DNA of 64,000 nucleotides from Spirochaetaceae bacterium (GTDB taxonomy: Bacteria > Spirochaetota > Spirochaetia > DSM-2461). The translations under genes were made by a program, and so were the position numbers. Positions 18,884 to 28,660 of this stretch are shown one piece after another. Each line of letters starts with the position of its first letter. Position 1 is the stretch's first letter. The stretch is taken from positions 2,080,001 through 2,144,000 of the forward strand of contig OZ245056.1 of the NCBI GenBank assembly GCA_965224705.1, written 5' to 3'. Below the pieces are notes generated by a model. The model had not been told where the DNA came from and made no database searches. It saw only the letters and a program-made list of their open reading frames with translations.

Positions 18884-19690
18884 TCAGCTCTCATCGATCT
18901 CGTCAACGATCTCCATCAACTGTTCTCCCTCCGGCCTTGTCACATCAAGCCCAGCAGTCATCTCAATCTGCATTGAGCTGGGACGGTCGTTGTTGGCTTG
19001 GGGAAATGCAAAATTGAACCCTGCACGGTTGGTAGCAGAGAACATCGTCGCCTGGAACAGCTTACCTCCTTGAGTCTTTGCAAACCGGACAACTTTCGGC
19101 CCAATCGAGATCGAGGATGACCCGAGTTTGGCCACCCTCCTGGCCGATGGGGTGTAGCTTGCGGTAATCGTTACGCTTTTGGCTGTATCAAGCGAAGAAC
19201 TGCCCGAAGTGTCCAGATAAATCCCCCATGCACCAGACCCGGCCTGCTTGACCAGGAAATAATCATCACCCTCAACCAATGTACTGCCATCGGACATAAC
19301 AGTAACCGTCGGCACACTCCCATCGTGCTGCTGTGCGTCAAGCAAGTAGGTCTGTAGATTGACCCACCCGGCGTTGATAGTTTGCACCTGGCCTGTTATC
19401 GGGGTACCAGCTACCGTCTCCAGACTCATGAGACCGTCTGTCAATTTTGATAACACAGCCAGGTCAATCTGGAGCACGGAAAAGGTTGCGGTTGCCTGGA
19501 TGTTCTTGGCATATCTTAAGACGTCCTCATTTTTGCTCCCCTTGACATCCACCATGTCAAACGAAATATTGATCGTCGCGTCTGCGTCATCTGGTAGGAC
19601 ACCGACAGATTCCAAAGAGTCTTCTGCGTCGCCTATAGACACCGTACATCCGCTGGGGATGTGCACTTTTTTATAGTTGCTATTTACCAT
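18884..19690 (-). CDS. Major tail tube protein
   Basis: Size, beta-rich composition and position after the tail terminator. Confidence 0.75.
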   Translation of the reverse strand: MVNSNYKKVHIPSGCTVSIGDAEDSLESVGVLPDDADATINISFDMVDVKGSKNEDVLRYAKNIQATATFSVLQIDLAVLSKLTDGLMSLETVAGTPITGQVQTINAGWVNLQTYLLDAQQHDGSVPTVTVMSDGSTLVEGDDYFLVKQAGSGAWGIYLDTSGSSSLDTAKSVTITASYTPSARRVAKLGSSSISIGPKVVRFAKTQGGKLFQATMFSATNRAGFNFAFPQANNDRPSSMQIEMTAGLDVTRPEGEQLMEIVDEIDES

Positions 19691-19692
19691 AA

Positions 19693-20058
19693 TTACTCCT
19701 TGTAATTAAATTTTAATTCGACGGCAGCAAGGTAACTTCCATCATCGTTGCGGATCAGCCCATTGCGGACGGCCCGCATACTATTTGCGTACACCCCTTC
19801 TGTTAAGATACCGGTGTACCTGTCAAGCTCATTGACCACCATGTCGGCCAACTCAATTGCCGCATATTGACTTTCTCCGTAGCAGCTCAGCTGGAACGCG
19901 GGGAAGTAGGCCCCTGTCCCGCTTGCCCTGCCGGGCGTGATGGAATGCACTACGATGTATGGAGCCTGCACCACTGTGTCAGCTTCGGCAAAGTATACCT
20001 TCCCATCGGCCAATCCCGTATTCTTGAGATAATCCCTGGCGGCCTGCTCCGGGCTCAT
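19693..20058 (-). CDS. Tail terminator/completion protein (DUF3168-like)
   Basis: APYIVV and FQLSCY motifs; synteny. Confidence 0.75.
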   Translation of the reverse strand: MSPEQAARDYLKNTGLADGKVYFAEADTVVQAPYIVVHSITPGRASGTGAYFPAFQLSCYGESQYAAIELADMVVNELDRYTGILTEGVYANSMRAVRNGLIRNDDGSYLAAVELKFNYKE

Positions 20059-20432
20059 ACTTTTTGCTCCTCATATCGGACAGAAATTTTTTTCCCTGTT
20101 TCTTCTTTGAAAATCTCGGAAATACCTTTTTCAGCAGCCTTAGCGCCGTCCCTCATATACGGCTGGGGCGCCTGGTTAAATTCCCGGCCCAGAATGTCTT
20201 TGCCTTTAAAACCATATTCAACGCGTAGTGCGTATTCCATGTTAGTACTCACTTCTCCTGTCAACCCATTGAAATCCATTGTAACCGACTCCACCAGGTC
20301 CCCATGATCCTCGGGCGTTATGCTTTGGATCTCACCATGCATCACAACCGTGGATTTAGCGACAGCTCTTGCCAGTGCTCTATCGATCTCCGTCTTCACG
20401 GATTGCGTGCCGTCCAAAAAGGTACTGCTCAT
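20055..20432 (-). CDS. HK97 gp10-like neck/tail protein
   Basis: TPEDHGDL, EYALRVEYG, APQPYMR motifs. Confidence 0.8.
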   Translation of the reverse strand: MSSTFLDGTQSVKTEIDRALARAVAKSTVVMHGEIQSITPEDHGDLVESVTMDFNGLTGEVSTNMEYALRVEYGFKGKDILGREFNQAPQPYMRDGAKAAEKGISEIFKEETGKKISVRYEEQKV

Positions 20433-20740
20433 TCTATTGATTCTCCATCAATTTCGACATGTGAGTCATACCTTCTTATCCCAAGTATTTTTATTGACTC
20501 CCCACTAATAGAAACACGGCCAAGCACGTCAATATCTCCAGGATGGAGCAGCACAAGGTGTTCGCATATACCGACCTGCCGGTCGTCCCGGAAGATTCTT
20601 TTCTGGGACCCAGGCATCAACTTCCCAAAGGTCTTTCGAAGGACTTTTTGGGGTTCATCTCCGGCGCCGGCACCAAAATCTCCGCGAGACGCCCGGCGAT
20701 AAAGCGTCGCCGGGCTGGACATTATCGATTCGATACTCAT
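20429..20740 (-). CDS. Head closure protein
   Basis: Size and synteny in the neck module. Confidence 0.6.
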   Translation of the reverse strand: MSIESIMSSPATLYRRASRGDFGAGAGDEPQKVLRKTFGKLMPGSQKRIFRDDRQVGICEHLVLLHPGDIDVLGRVSISGESIKILGIRRYDSHVEIDGESIE

Positions 20741-21078
20741 GCTGTTCTCGCGAACCTCCTTATTTTTTTGACGATATAGGCGGGATATCCCATCGTTCTT
20801 TCTGTGTCGTATGTGTGTGAGTAGCTGCCACTACGTTCGGCACTGGTCCCCACATTCCCTGCCAGGCTCTGCATTTTGAAAGAAATCATCTCAGCAAGTG
20901 TCAGCTTAATCCCTTCCGGGTACACCGTCTGTCCATTATCATCAGTATCAAAATCCCGACCGCGAATAGTGAGATAATCAGCTTCAACCAGAGGGATCAA
21001 TGCCTCAATTTGGGCATCGTCCTGGCTGTGCGGGACTTTGCCCAAAACCTTGTACTCAGCCAGCGTCAGTGCTGACAT
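20737..21078 (-). CDS. Head-tail connector protein
   Basis: LTLAEYK, DAQIEALIP, SERSGSYS motifs of gp6/gp15-like adaptors. Confidence 0.75.
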   Translation of the reverse strand: MSALTLAEYKVLGKVPHSQDDAQIEALIPLVEADYLTIRGRDFDTDDNGQTVYPEGIKLTLAEMISFKMQSLAGNVGTSAERSGSYSHTYDTERTMGYPAYIVKKIRRFARTA

Positions 21079-21361
21079 CTTCTTTCTTCTTCTTTCTCAC
21101 CGAGTGAGTGTTTTCATCGACAGGCTCCGCAGCGGAATCATCTTCGTCAGGCTCCACTGGCGGAGGCGCTGCATCGGATTTCACACGGTGAGCCGGAGAT
21201 ACTGTGGTGAAAAAGCTGTTGGACTTAAGGTGCCGTATCAAGGCATCCTGCTTACGGCCCTTGACACCCGCTGTGTCAAAGACCCCGGACTCATCAGTCC
21301 GATACCTGATGTGCCCATAAGTGAACATCGCTTTGGTTTTGGTGACAGACTGGAATTTCAT
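21056..21361 (-). CDS. Phage hypothetical protein
   Basis: Coupled ORF after the capsid gene. Confidence 0.55.
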   Translation of the reverse strand: MKFQSVTKTKAMFTYGHIRYRTDESGVFDTAGVKGRKQDALIRHLKSNSFFTTVSPAHRVKSDAAPPPVEPDEDDSAAEPVDENTHSVRKKKKEDVSTDAG

Positions 21362-22506
21362 ACTGTCAGCCCGACGGCCATGCCATGACAGGTTTGTCCA
21401 TTGCGCACCTCTAAAGTGTACTCCCCAAGTATCCTGCGTGCGATATAATCAGCTCCCGGCAAAGTTGCATCCTTGTCACTCATGGCCCCTCCGGCCAACG
21501 GATGCAGAGATATTTTGTCAAGATCAAGGACAAATATCCTGTCTTTCGGCAGATTTGGTTCAACGGCGATAAAAGCTTCATACGGATTGCCGTTGAAGGC
21601 AGGGATGTCACCGTAAAGTTTATTTACAGCAGCACCAGCCGAGGCTGTGGACGCTGTTGCGGGTACTTTGTCCTTGGTCATCAAGGCGGATATCCGCCGC
21701 GCCTGGTTCGGAGCAGCACATATGGCATATCTCTGTGACATCCCGCCGTTGACAAAGACGATCTCAAAAATATTATTGATGATATCCATAGACAAGGTGC
21801 CGCCGGTCGCCTCTATCACTCCGCTTTCCAGGTATTCCATAAGACCGCCAAAACTCCCCGTTGCACCGTTATCCCACGAAACACGCCTACCAAAGATAAG
21901 CTGGTCATTCATTTCGCGGGTAATTTCCATCATCATAATCTTGACCTGGTAATTAAGCATATTGGATATGCCATGGTAGGCGATGCCTTGCGCTGACCGC
22001 GAGACTTTGGCTGTCCTATCAAAGATTTGAGTATAGTTGTACTGCGTAACCGGTTCACGGCCCCAGTCAGCAGATGGATCCGTTGCTTCCGGTCTTGGTC
22101 GTGACAAGGGGATCGCAATTGTATTTGCTGGTATAGTCGCCGGCGTAGTACCGCCATACCCCCTGGAGATCGTCAGATTTTTTGCGCTCTCGTCAACAGC
22201 TGTAACAACTACCTGTTCGGCAAGAGGAGAGCCGTCCGCACCTTCTAGGCGCAATACCACTCCATCTTTAAGCTGAGGCGTTGAATCAACCGTAATAACA
22301 GTATCTGTATCGGATAGTTGGGACTGGACGGTGTATTGTTTTGCGGAGATTTCATCCTCCAGCCATTCGTGCTTCTTTGCGCGCGCCGCGTTTCCTACCC
22401 GCACAAGCCGGATAAGCCGTGGGGACTGTTCAATGACCTGGGTAAAAACACCTCCCAGGTCCCGTTTGATATTTTGAAATTCATAACTTAATATAGGTCC
22501 AGGCAT
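21358..22506 (-). CDS. Major capsid protein (SU10/DUF5309-like)
   Basis: KHEWLED, NYTQIF..VSRSAQ, ILGEYTLEVRN motifs. Confidence 0.85.
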   Translation of the reverse strand: MPGPILSYEFQNIKRDLGGVFTQVIEQSPRLIRLVRVGNAARAKKHEWLEDEISAKQYTVQSQLSDTDTVITVDSTPQLKDGVVLRLEGADGSPLAEQVVVTAVDESAKNLTISRGYGGTTPATIPANTIAIPLSRPRPEATDPSADWGREPVTQYNYTQIFDRTAKVSRSAQGIAYHGISNMLNYQVKIMMMEITREMNDQLIFGRRVSWDNGATGSFGGLMEYLESGVIEATGGTLSMDIINNIFEIVFVNGGMSQRYAICAAPNQARRISALMTKDKVPATASTASAGAAVNKLYGDIPAFNGNPYEAFIAVEPNLPKDRIFVLDLDKISLHPLAGGAMSDKDATLPGADYIARRILGEYTLEVRNGQTCHGMAVGLTV

Positions 22507-22545
22507 GATGCCCTCCTTATCCCTGTAATAAAAAAGCTGTTATGG

Positions 22546-23244
22546 TTAGATACCCATAGTCGCTTGCGCGGCAAGATTCAAAGAGTCCTCTATCGTTTTC
22601 CCAAGCTTAACTTCACCTGCGGCACCCGACGCCGATACAGGCGCAGAACCCTTCACAGCATCCCTGGATGCTTTTTCATACCCGCGCTTCTCTGCTTCAG
22701 CAATCAACTCCATCAACCTCTTGCCCTTCTTAAATATTTCATCCTGATCCTTTCCAGCCAGAATGAACCTGTCTTCTTCCTTGATTCCACAGCGTTCAGC
22801 CGCTAAACCCACACATTCACCGAGGAACTTTTCCATACGCTCAGATTCTTCACGCTCCTGTTTTTCAGAACGTTCCGACTCTTCCGCCTTCTTGCGCTCC
22901 TCTTCAGACATATGCTGTTTACGCAATTCCGCCATTTCTTTTTCGATGGCGGATACCCGCCTGGCCTGCCCGTCGCGGTCGGCCTTGAGCTTTTTCAGCT
23001 CCTCTTCCTTTGACTCAAGCTGTTTAGCCAATTCGTCAGGTTTTGGAGCATTGAGCAGCTTCTCTTGCTCTTTGAGCTTTACAAGCTCTTCCTCTTTCGC
23101 CTTCAGCTGTGCTTTCAGTTCCTCCGGTTTCAGCCCTTCGCCGCCACCCTGAGGCCCCGCATTACCATCTGGGCTCCCGTTGTCTCCGGTGTCACCTGCA
23201 CCGCCTGCAGCACCGGAATCTGGTGCCAGCAAAATTTTGAACAT
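22546..23244 (-). CDS. Capsid scaffolding protein
   Basis: Gly-rich N-terminus and charged coiled coil, upstream of the MCP. Confidence 0.75.
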   Translation of the reverse strand: MFKILLAPDSGAAGGAGDTGDNGSPDGNAGPQGGGEGLKPEELKAQLKAKEEELVKLKEQEKLLNAPKPDELAKQLESKEEELKKLKADRDGQARRVSAIEKEMAELRKQHMSEEERKKAEESERSEKQEREESERMEKFLGECVGLAAERCGIKEEDRFILAGKDQDEIFKKGKRLMELIAEAEKRGYEKASRDAVKGSAPVSASGAAGEVKLGKTIEDSLNLAAQATMGI

Positions 23245-23312
23245 TTCTCCTCCCCTGGTTTGCTTAAAAGCACACCCCAGTTGATTTTTTAGAGGGTAGA
23301 AGGATTGCTATG

Positions 23313-23340
23313 GACAAAACTAGATAAGTTTTGTCATTTT
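23313..23340 (-). promoter_or_regulatory. Late-promoter palindrome copy (GACAAAACT-AGATA-AGTTTTGTC) upstream of scaffold/MCP
   Basis: Perfect 9-5-9 inverted repeat; shared with 8761 and 27952. Confidence 0.72.
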
Positions 23341-23352
23341 GTTAAAATCTGC

Positions 23353-23381
23353 TTGACGTTCTTCCAGAAGGAGGATATATT
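23353..23381 (+). promoter_or_regulatory. Sigma70-like promoter antisense to the late operon
   Basis: TTGACG-N17-TATATT. Confidence 0.55.
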
Positions 23382-23588
23382 CAAAGAGGATCGGGGGCTA
23401 CGAAGCTCTTCGGAGTGGATAACCCCGGGCCACCCGTCTTTCAAGCAGGTGCAAGGATTGTGAGCAATTTTCCACATCCACCTTGCACCTGGATAATAGC
23501 AGAAATTGAAATATCTCTTAAGGTTTATCGAATCATTGCGTTCAGGCTTACTTGTAATGCCGTGCCGAAAAGGACTTTTCCAGAATCC

Positions 23589-24968
23589 CTATCTTAGAAT
23601 TTCTGTCCTGCTTTTTTTCCAAAGAATATCTTTATTCATAATTACCACCACTTCGTTGATATTTCCTTTTATTTTAACCCTACCGCGAATTGCCCTATCA
23701 ATAATCTCTGAAGGAACTCTGGCCGACATAACTAAAACAACTTTGTTAGCCTGATGCCCAGCCTTTCGGAGATTCCTGCTGATAGAACCATAAGTTCCAG
23801 ATTGATTGGTTTTGAACTCCCATAATTCACCGTCGATAAGCGCATCAGCTGATTTAACACCTTTTTCCATTGACCTTTCCAAAAGCTGCACTCTATACCC
23901 ATTATCCGCCAGGATTTTGGCTGTTTTTAGATTTTGTGCATCTTCCGGTTCCTCGCGGTCACTGTCCTTACGAATCCAACCGCCTGTCTTACTTTTGTAA
24001 ACAAAATTACCTGGCAGTGTCCGGCCAGTGCCAACACTCTTATACCACTTTCCATAGGATATCCAGGGCCGCTTCCCATCACCCCGCACATACCGCATTT
24101 TAGGAGGGTACCCAGGGATTTGAGCCCGCAATCTACAGCGGCACTGGATATCAAAGCTGGCTACACCTGACTGTAACGGGGCCGCAACTTTCCCAACGGC
24201 GGTATCAAAAAAGCCATCCTCGCCGCGCCTTTGTCCGTCTAATGCTCCATGCTCGGGTCTGGTGCGCTTATCTAGAGCTGCATCCCAGATATATTCAAGT
24301 TCAATTCCAAGGGATTCCGCCTTACCATAGACCACCTGCTGCCCTTCCACTGCCGCTCGATGACCTTCTGTCCGTGCGATCCTCATTGAGGCATATGCTG
24401 CCCCTTTTTTTGTGTATTGATTATTATCATCAAATCCAAGCACCGCGCTTATTCGCTTGCTCATCTTGTTGTAAGACTCCCCGCGCACAAGGGACAAGGT
24501 TATTTCATTGCGCACCTTATTGACCTTAACCGCCCTATCCGTTGCTAAAGCTTTAGAGTCAGCAAGTTTTGAAAGGGGAAAAGTTACGACAGAATCAACG
24601 GCATCACCAGGGACCCTGCCCCAATCGAATGCAAACCCTGCGTCTTGATCAATCGCCCAAGCGTGACGATAGGACGAATCCTTGAAAACAGTTATTGTCT
24701 GTTTCTCAATATAAGTATCAACATTCTTCAAGTACTTCCCGAGCGTTTGCTTTACGTTTTTTTCAAGCGCCTGTAAGCGCTTGTAACGGTTCATTTCTGT
24801 CCAGTAGAGTTTTCCATCCTTTGCATATTTACGGTATAGGCCAGCAAGGTCCTGCTGTATTGATTCAAGCGCAACTTTATACGACTTAACAATCTCCTGT
24901 TCCGTCTCGTCAATACGTTTAAGGAGGTCTCCCTGAATATCTTTATATAATTCGTCAAAGAGTTTCAT
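23589..24968 (-). CDS. Minor head protein (MuF/SPP1 gp7) with C-terminal PD-(D/E)xK nuclease (CdiA-like tRNase) extension
   Basis: RIARTE, WDAALDKRTRPEH, IQCRC MuF motifs; C-terminal SADALIDGELWEFKT..SISRNLRKAGHQA; start moved to the ATG overlapping the portal stop. Confidence 0.82.
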   Translation of the reverse strand: MKLFDELYKDIQGDLLKRIDETEQEIVKSYKVALESIQQDLAGLYRKYAKDGKLYWTEMNRYKRLQALEKNVKQTLGKYLKNVDTYIEKQTITVFKDSSYRHAWAIDQDAGFAFDWGRVPGDAVDSVVTFPLSKLADSKALATDRAVKVNKVRNEITLSLVRGESYNKMSKRISAVLGFDDNNQYTKKGAAYASMRIARTEGHRAAVEGQQVVYGKAESLGIELEYIWDAALDKRTRPEHGALDGQRRGEDGFFDTAVGKVAAPLQSGVASFDIQCRCRLRAQIPGYPPKMRYVRGDGKRPWISYGKWYKSVGTGRTLPGNFVYKSKTGGWIRKDSDREEPEDAQNLKTAKILADNGYRVQLLERSMEKGVKSADALIDGELWEFKTNQSGTYGSISRNLRKAGHQANKVVLVMSARVPSEIIDRAIRGRVKIKGNINEVVVIMNKDILWKKSRTEILR

Positions 24969-26248
24969 CCAGAGAAGGGCTGCTCCGCCATCGCCTTGAG
25001 CGTCGCTTGTGGATCGTGTACAAATGGTAGTTTGGGAACAAGAGTTTCGGGGGGCAGCATACCCCATAGGGATTGGACAATATTGGCCCACATCACCGAA
25101 TCTTTCGGAAGGTTGCGTGTAAATGAGATGTCAATCTTCGATATATCTGGCGGCTCGCTCGGGAATGCCGTTGCTGTCGCTACCAGCCTCAGCCGCTCAC
25201 GGAGTCCCTGTGTGAAGTACGATTCCTTCACTGCCGCCATCAGCTCAAAGAGGGCAAACAGGTACTGAAAGGCCTCTCCGCTCTTCTGCCCCAACACCGC
25301 CGGATCAGTCATATCCGGGACAAAAGATTGACGATAAATCTCATTACGCAAAAGAGCGATTAGATCGCGCCTGGCAGATTGGGATTCATCTTTTGTGAGA
25401 TATCGCAGGTCATCAGAATCCTTGTCAAGGCCATCAATGACCCGCAGCTTGGCCAGTTTCTCCACAGCGTCATCATCCAGTACCCTGCCAAACATAAGCA
25501 GAACTGCTTCGGCAAATTTCTCTTCATCGTCCGCATAGCTGGACACCAGCGAGTCATAGGCATCAATGAGGCCCTGAATGGGCTCAATGTCTCCTATGGA
25601 GTTTCGATTGTTGCGAAAGATGGCAAGCGGTACCGCTTTGTATGGGTGGAACTGCTCGGTCTCTCGAACTTCCAGACAGCCGTGATTCCAGACGTATTTC
25701 TGGATGACATCCGGGTAATATATGTCAATCAATTTTTGACTGCTCCAGGCGTCCTTGCCCATCACATCATACATTCTGATTGCGGTAATCAGCCGCGGCC
25801 GTACCTCAAAGGAATACACCGGGACAATCTCGGCTGGCGAAACGCGGGCAAAATTTTCCTCCGCATCCTCATCTATCCAGTGAAGCTCATAGGCCTCGCC
25901 ATAGATCGCCTGATCCTGCCCCAACTCAGCGTTGAGCAGTTCCTCACCGTTGTGGGCGAAAGCCTCCTCGATTCGGGAAAAGTCCCCGCCTGCCAAATCT
26001 TCGGCATCGTATTTAATGAGTCCAGGCTTGTAGAGGAAACCGGTTATTATGGTAATCAGACTCCTGGCATACGGAACTACAATCTTCCTGCCGCTCTCCT
26101 TCTCTGCAATCGCCCTGTGACGGCCAAGGTAATAACCCTGGAGTTCTTTGAAGCGGGCCGCCTCTTCCTGTCTTCCCGCCAGTATTTCAAGAATCCGCTT
26201 TTCACTGATTCTGCCGTCCTCCAGATTGGCCTTATACTGCCGCATCAT
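24965..26248 (-). CDS. Portal protein (SPP1 gp6-like)
   Basis: YYLGRH, GDIEPIQGLIDAYD, SGEA, FTRNLP motifs. Confidence 0.92.
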   Translation of the reverse strand: MMRQYKANLEDGRISEKRILEILAGRQEEAARFKELQGYYLGRHRAIAEKESGRKIVVPYARSLITIITGFLYKPGLIKYDAEDLAGGDFSRIEEAFAHNGEELLNAELGQDQAIYGEAYELHWIDEDAEENFARVSPAEIVPVYSFEVRPRLITAIRMYDVMGKDAWSSQKLIDIYYPDVIQKYVWNHGCLEVRETEQFHPYKAVPLAIFRNNRNSIGDIEPIQGLIDAYDSLVSSYADDEEKFAEAVLLMFGRVLDDDAVEKLAKLRVIDGLDKDSDDLRYLTKDESQSARRDLIALLRNEIYRQSFVPDMTDPAVLGQKSGEAFQYLFALFELMAAVKESYFTQGLRERLRLVATATAFPSEPPDISKIDISFTRNLPKDSVMWANIVQSLWGMLPPETLVPKLPFVHDPQATLKAMAEQPFSG

Positions 26249-27492
26249 ATCCTGAGCCTCGCCCTATCCAATGGTTTTGTTGGCTGCTCATCCTTATGCC
26301 AGAGATGTTCCACCGCGTAACGGCAAGCCGCTATAGCATCATCCTTAAAATTCACCGGCTCATCCAAAAGATTGCCCTCCCTGTCTTCAGCCCACTTGCA
26401 GCTTTGCAATTCAGCCAGTAAGCCGGGGCACCTGTCAGGATCAACAAACCACTTCCGGCCTCTTAAAAAGTCAATCCCATAGCGCACCGAGTGTTTCCCC
26501 TTCTTGGCTGCCCGGACCCGGAAACCAGCCTTACGCCACTCCTTGATCCGATCCGGCTCCGCAGAGTCCGCTGTGCACAGCTGGCCCTTATCCAGCGGAC
26601 CATTGTCCTTCACATACTCAATAATCTCGCCATTGGTCATTTGTGAGAGATACAACTCGTCGAAGCTGTAAAGGTTCCCATCCTTCAGACCAATAAGCTC
26701 AATAGCATTCTTGTGGTTGAAACCGAAATCCTGCCCTGCAAGAACCTGGTCAAAATCATCCAGGCTATATGGACAGGAAACAGATTCCCAGTTGCCGAAG
26801 ACAAGACCGCTCAATACGCCCCACTCCCCAAGGGCGTACACATCGTGCAGGGCGCGATCAATATCCTTTAAGCCAATAAGGGTTTGATGATATCCTGAGT
26901 CGACCCACTTGTTATCCTTGTAGGTTGTCTTGAGTATCGTTGTGTCCGTCTGCTCCCTGTCGAAAAACCTTGACTTAATCCAGTGAGCAGCCGAGATAGG
27001 GTTAAAGGACAGAGTTATCTGAAACGGCACACGGGCCTTGCCGCGAAGCCGCAGAGACAACTGATTATAGTCGGCCTCAGTAATTTCCGTTGCTTCCTCA
27101 ACCCAGATATCCGTGACCGGCCCCCGTTCAAAGGTGACACTCTTGATTTTTTCGACATCGTCCAGTCCGGCAAAGCGGATGCCATTGCCGTTGCTGCACG
27201 TTATCTCAAGGTCACTCTTGTTGACCTTAAAAAGACCAATAAGCCCCCACTGGCCGATAACCGACAAAATCTGCGGGAAGGTCGATATCCGATTTGTCCG
27301 GCCAACCTTGCGGATTACAAGCAGGTTATGCCCCGGCTCGGCCACTGCCCGGAACACCGCGCGCTGAGCGGTAAACACCGACTTCCCGGAACCGGCACCG
27401 CCATAGATAATATTCAGCCGCTGTTTGTCCCACAACAGAGGATAGTACGCCTTGTTGATCCACGCGGGCAGCCTGGAAAAATCAACTTTCAT
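26245..27492 (-). CDS. terL: Terminase large subunit (PBSX family)
   Basis: Walker A YGGAGSGKS, WVEEA, SFNP, DFGF, DSAEP, DDAIAACRY. Confidence 0.95.
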   Translation of the reverse strand: MKVDFSRLPAWINKAYYPLLWDKQRLNIIYGGAGSGKSVFTAQRAVFRAVAEPGHNLLVIRKVGRTNRISTFPQILSVIGQWGLIGLFKVNKSDLEITCSNGNGIRFAGLDDVEKIKSVTFERGPVTDIWVEEATEITEADYNQLSLRLRGKARVPFQITLSFNPISAAHWIKSRFFDREQTDTTILKTTYKDNKWVDSGYHQTLIGLKDIDRALHDVYALGEWGVLSGLVFGNWESVSCPYSLDDFDQVLAGQDFGFNHKNAIELIGLKDGNLYSFDELYLSQMTNGEIIEYVKDNGPLDKGQLCTADSAEPDRIKEWRKAGFRVRAAKKGKHSVRYGIDFLRGRKWFVDPDRCPGLLAELQSCKWAEDREGNLLDEPVNFKDDAIAACRYAVEHLWHKDEQPTKPLDRARLRI

Positions 27493-27922
27493 CGCCAGAA
27501 TAGTCCTTTGGCGGCATCCCTATTGCAATCGTATCGCTTGTAGTATGAACTTCTTGCTTATCCCTCCAGCGATCGGGGCGACGATTTTTGAGCCAGAAGA
27601 TCATTGATGTGGGATCGGGAGGATAATGTTTGATAACCTCCTTTGTCACGATATCCCCATCGTGGAGAAAGACCTTGGTGTCCGGGGCCTCATAGCCGAT
27701 CGCACGCAGAAAAATGGCTCGCTCCACCCGTTCATCAGGATACTCCCGGCCTGTTTTCAGCGCTTCGGCAAATTCAGGATATCTGGCCTGCCAATTGTGC
27801 AGGGTCCGTTTCGAGATACCCATTTTCGCGGCAATGTCCTCGGCCACCAGTCCAAGCCTGGCAAGACTCTCGGCAATGAGAGGATGGTATTTACTACTGT
27901 ACTTTGATGGTCGTCCGGCCAT
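27482..27922 (-). CDS. terS: Terminase small subunit
   Basis: GRPSKY, HTH, PPDPTSMIFWLKNRRP motif. Confidence 0.9.
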   Translation of the reverse strand: MAGRPSKYSSKYHPLIAESLARLGLVAEDIAAKMGISKRTLHNWQARYPEFAEALKTGREYPDERVERAIFLRAIGYEAPDTKVFLHDGDIVTKEVIKHYPPDPTSMIFWLKNRRPDRWRDKQEVHTTSDTIAIGMPPKDYSGDES

Positions 27923-27951
27923 GTCGGAACGACTGTATCACAGCTATTATT

Positions 27952-27979
27952 GACAAATCTAATTAAGATTTGTCATTTT
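27952..27979 (-). promoter_or_regulatory. Late-promoter palindrome copy (GACAAATCT-AATTA-AGATTTGTC) upstream of terS
   Basis: Perfect 9-5-9 inverted repeat; extended -10-like TGATACAGT downstream on the minus strand. Confidence 0.72.
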
Positions 27980-28246
27980 TTTCACAACCCTACGGATGGT
28001 TCTTGTTGATAGGTGGAATCTTGATGCGATAATTTTATACGCGTTTTCGGAGAGCACATTATTATAGAGTAGATGATTGTATGCCTTGAGAATATCCTTA
28101 TTCCGCCATTCGTACAGCCTGGACCTCGGTATGTAAATTGATCGTCCGCCAAAAATCTCAATAAAATCTCTGTACTTTTCTTCTCCGAGCAATCGCTTGA
28201 TTTCGGCTTCATCAGGATCGAATATATTTTCATTTTTGGCGTGCAT
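27959..28246 (-). CDS. Mor/C-family late transcription activator
   Basis: FGGRSIYIP and RN..I motifs plus C-terminal HTH (IASRFHLSTRTIRRVV). Confidence 0.85.
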   Translation of the reverse strand: MHAKNENIFDPDEAEIKRLLGEEKYRDFIEIFGGRSIYIPRSRLYEWRNKDILKAYNHLLYNNVLSENAYKIIASRFHLSTRTIRRVVKKMTNLN

Positions 28247-28257
28247 TTATTCGTCCT

Positions 28258-28632
28258 CTATGTTTCGATGAACTCAACATCTTTCCCAAGATTTGATAGA
28301 AACAGGTGCCGCTTGAGGCTGTACAGCTGTGTGCGGTACCCCTTCACATCTTCTACCACCACACGTTTTTTTGTCTCATCGAAGTACCGGAAGTCGGCCA
28401 CATACACCTTCTCTCGATACTTCAGGCCATTGCGGGAAAATCCCGCGGCAATGACAAACCTGGGCTGCCGTTCCAGGTCTCTGATTTGCCCGGCTTTCTG
28501 AAGCAGCAGGAGATCAGCATACCGCCAGGCCTCTTTACGGCTATGGAAAGTGATGCCATCCAGCTGTGTCAGTACTGCTTTATACTTGTTCGCGGCTCTT
28601 TTCCAGACCTCTTTCCCTTTAGATTCGTTCAT
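28258..28632 (-). CDS. DUF1064-family nuclease
   Basis: DGITFHSRKEA, LERQPRF, YVADF, VVEDVKG. Confidence 0.88.
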   Translation of the reverse strand: MNESKGKEVWKRAANKYKAVLTQLDGITFHSRKEAWRYADLLLLQKAGQIRDLERQPRFVIAAGFSRNGLKYREKVYVADFRYFDETKKRVVVEDVKGYRTQLYSLKRHLFLSNLGKDVEFIET

Positions 28633-28660
28633 TTCCCCCCCTTTTCCGTTCTATTTTATG

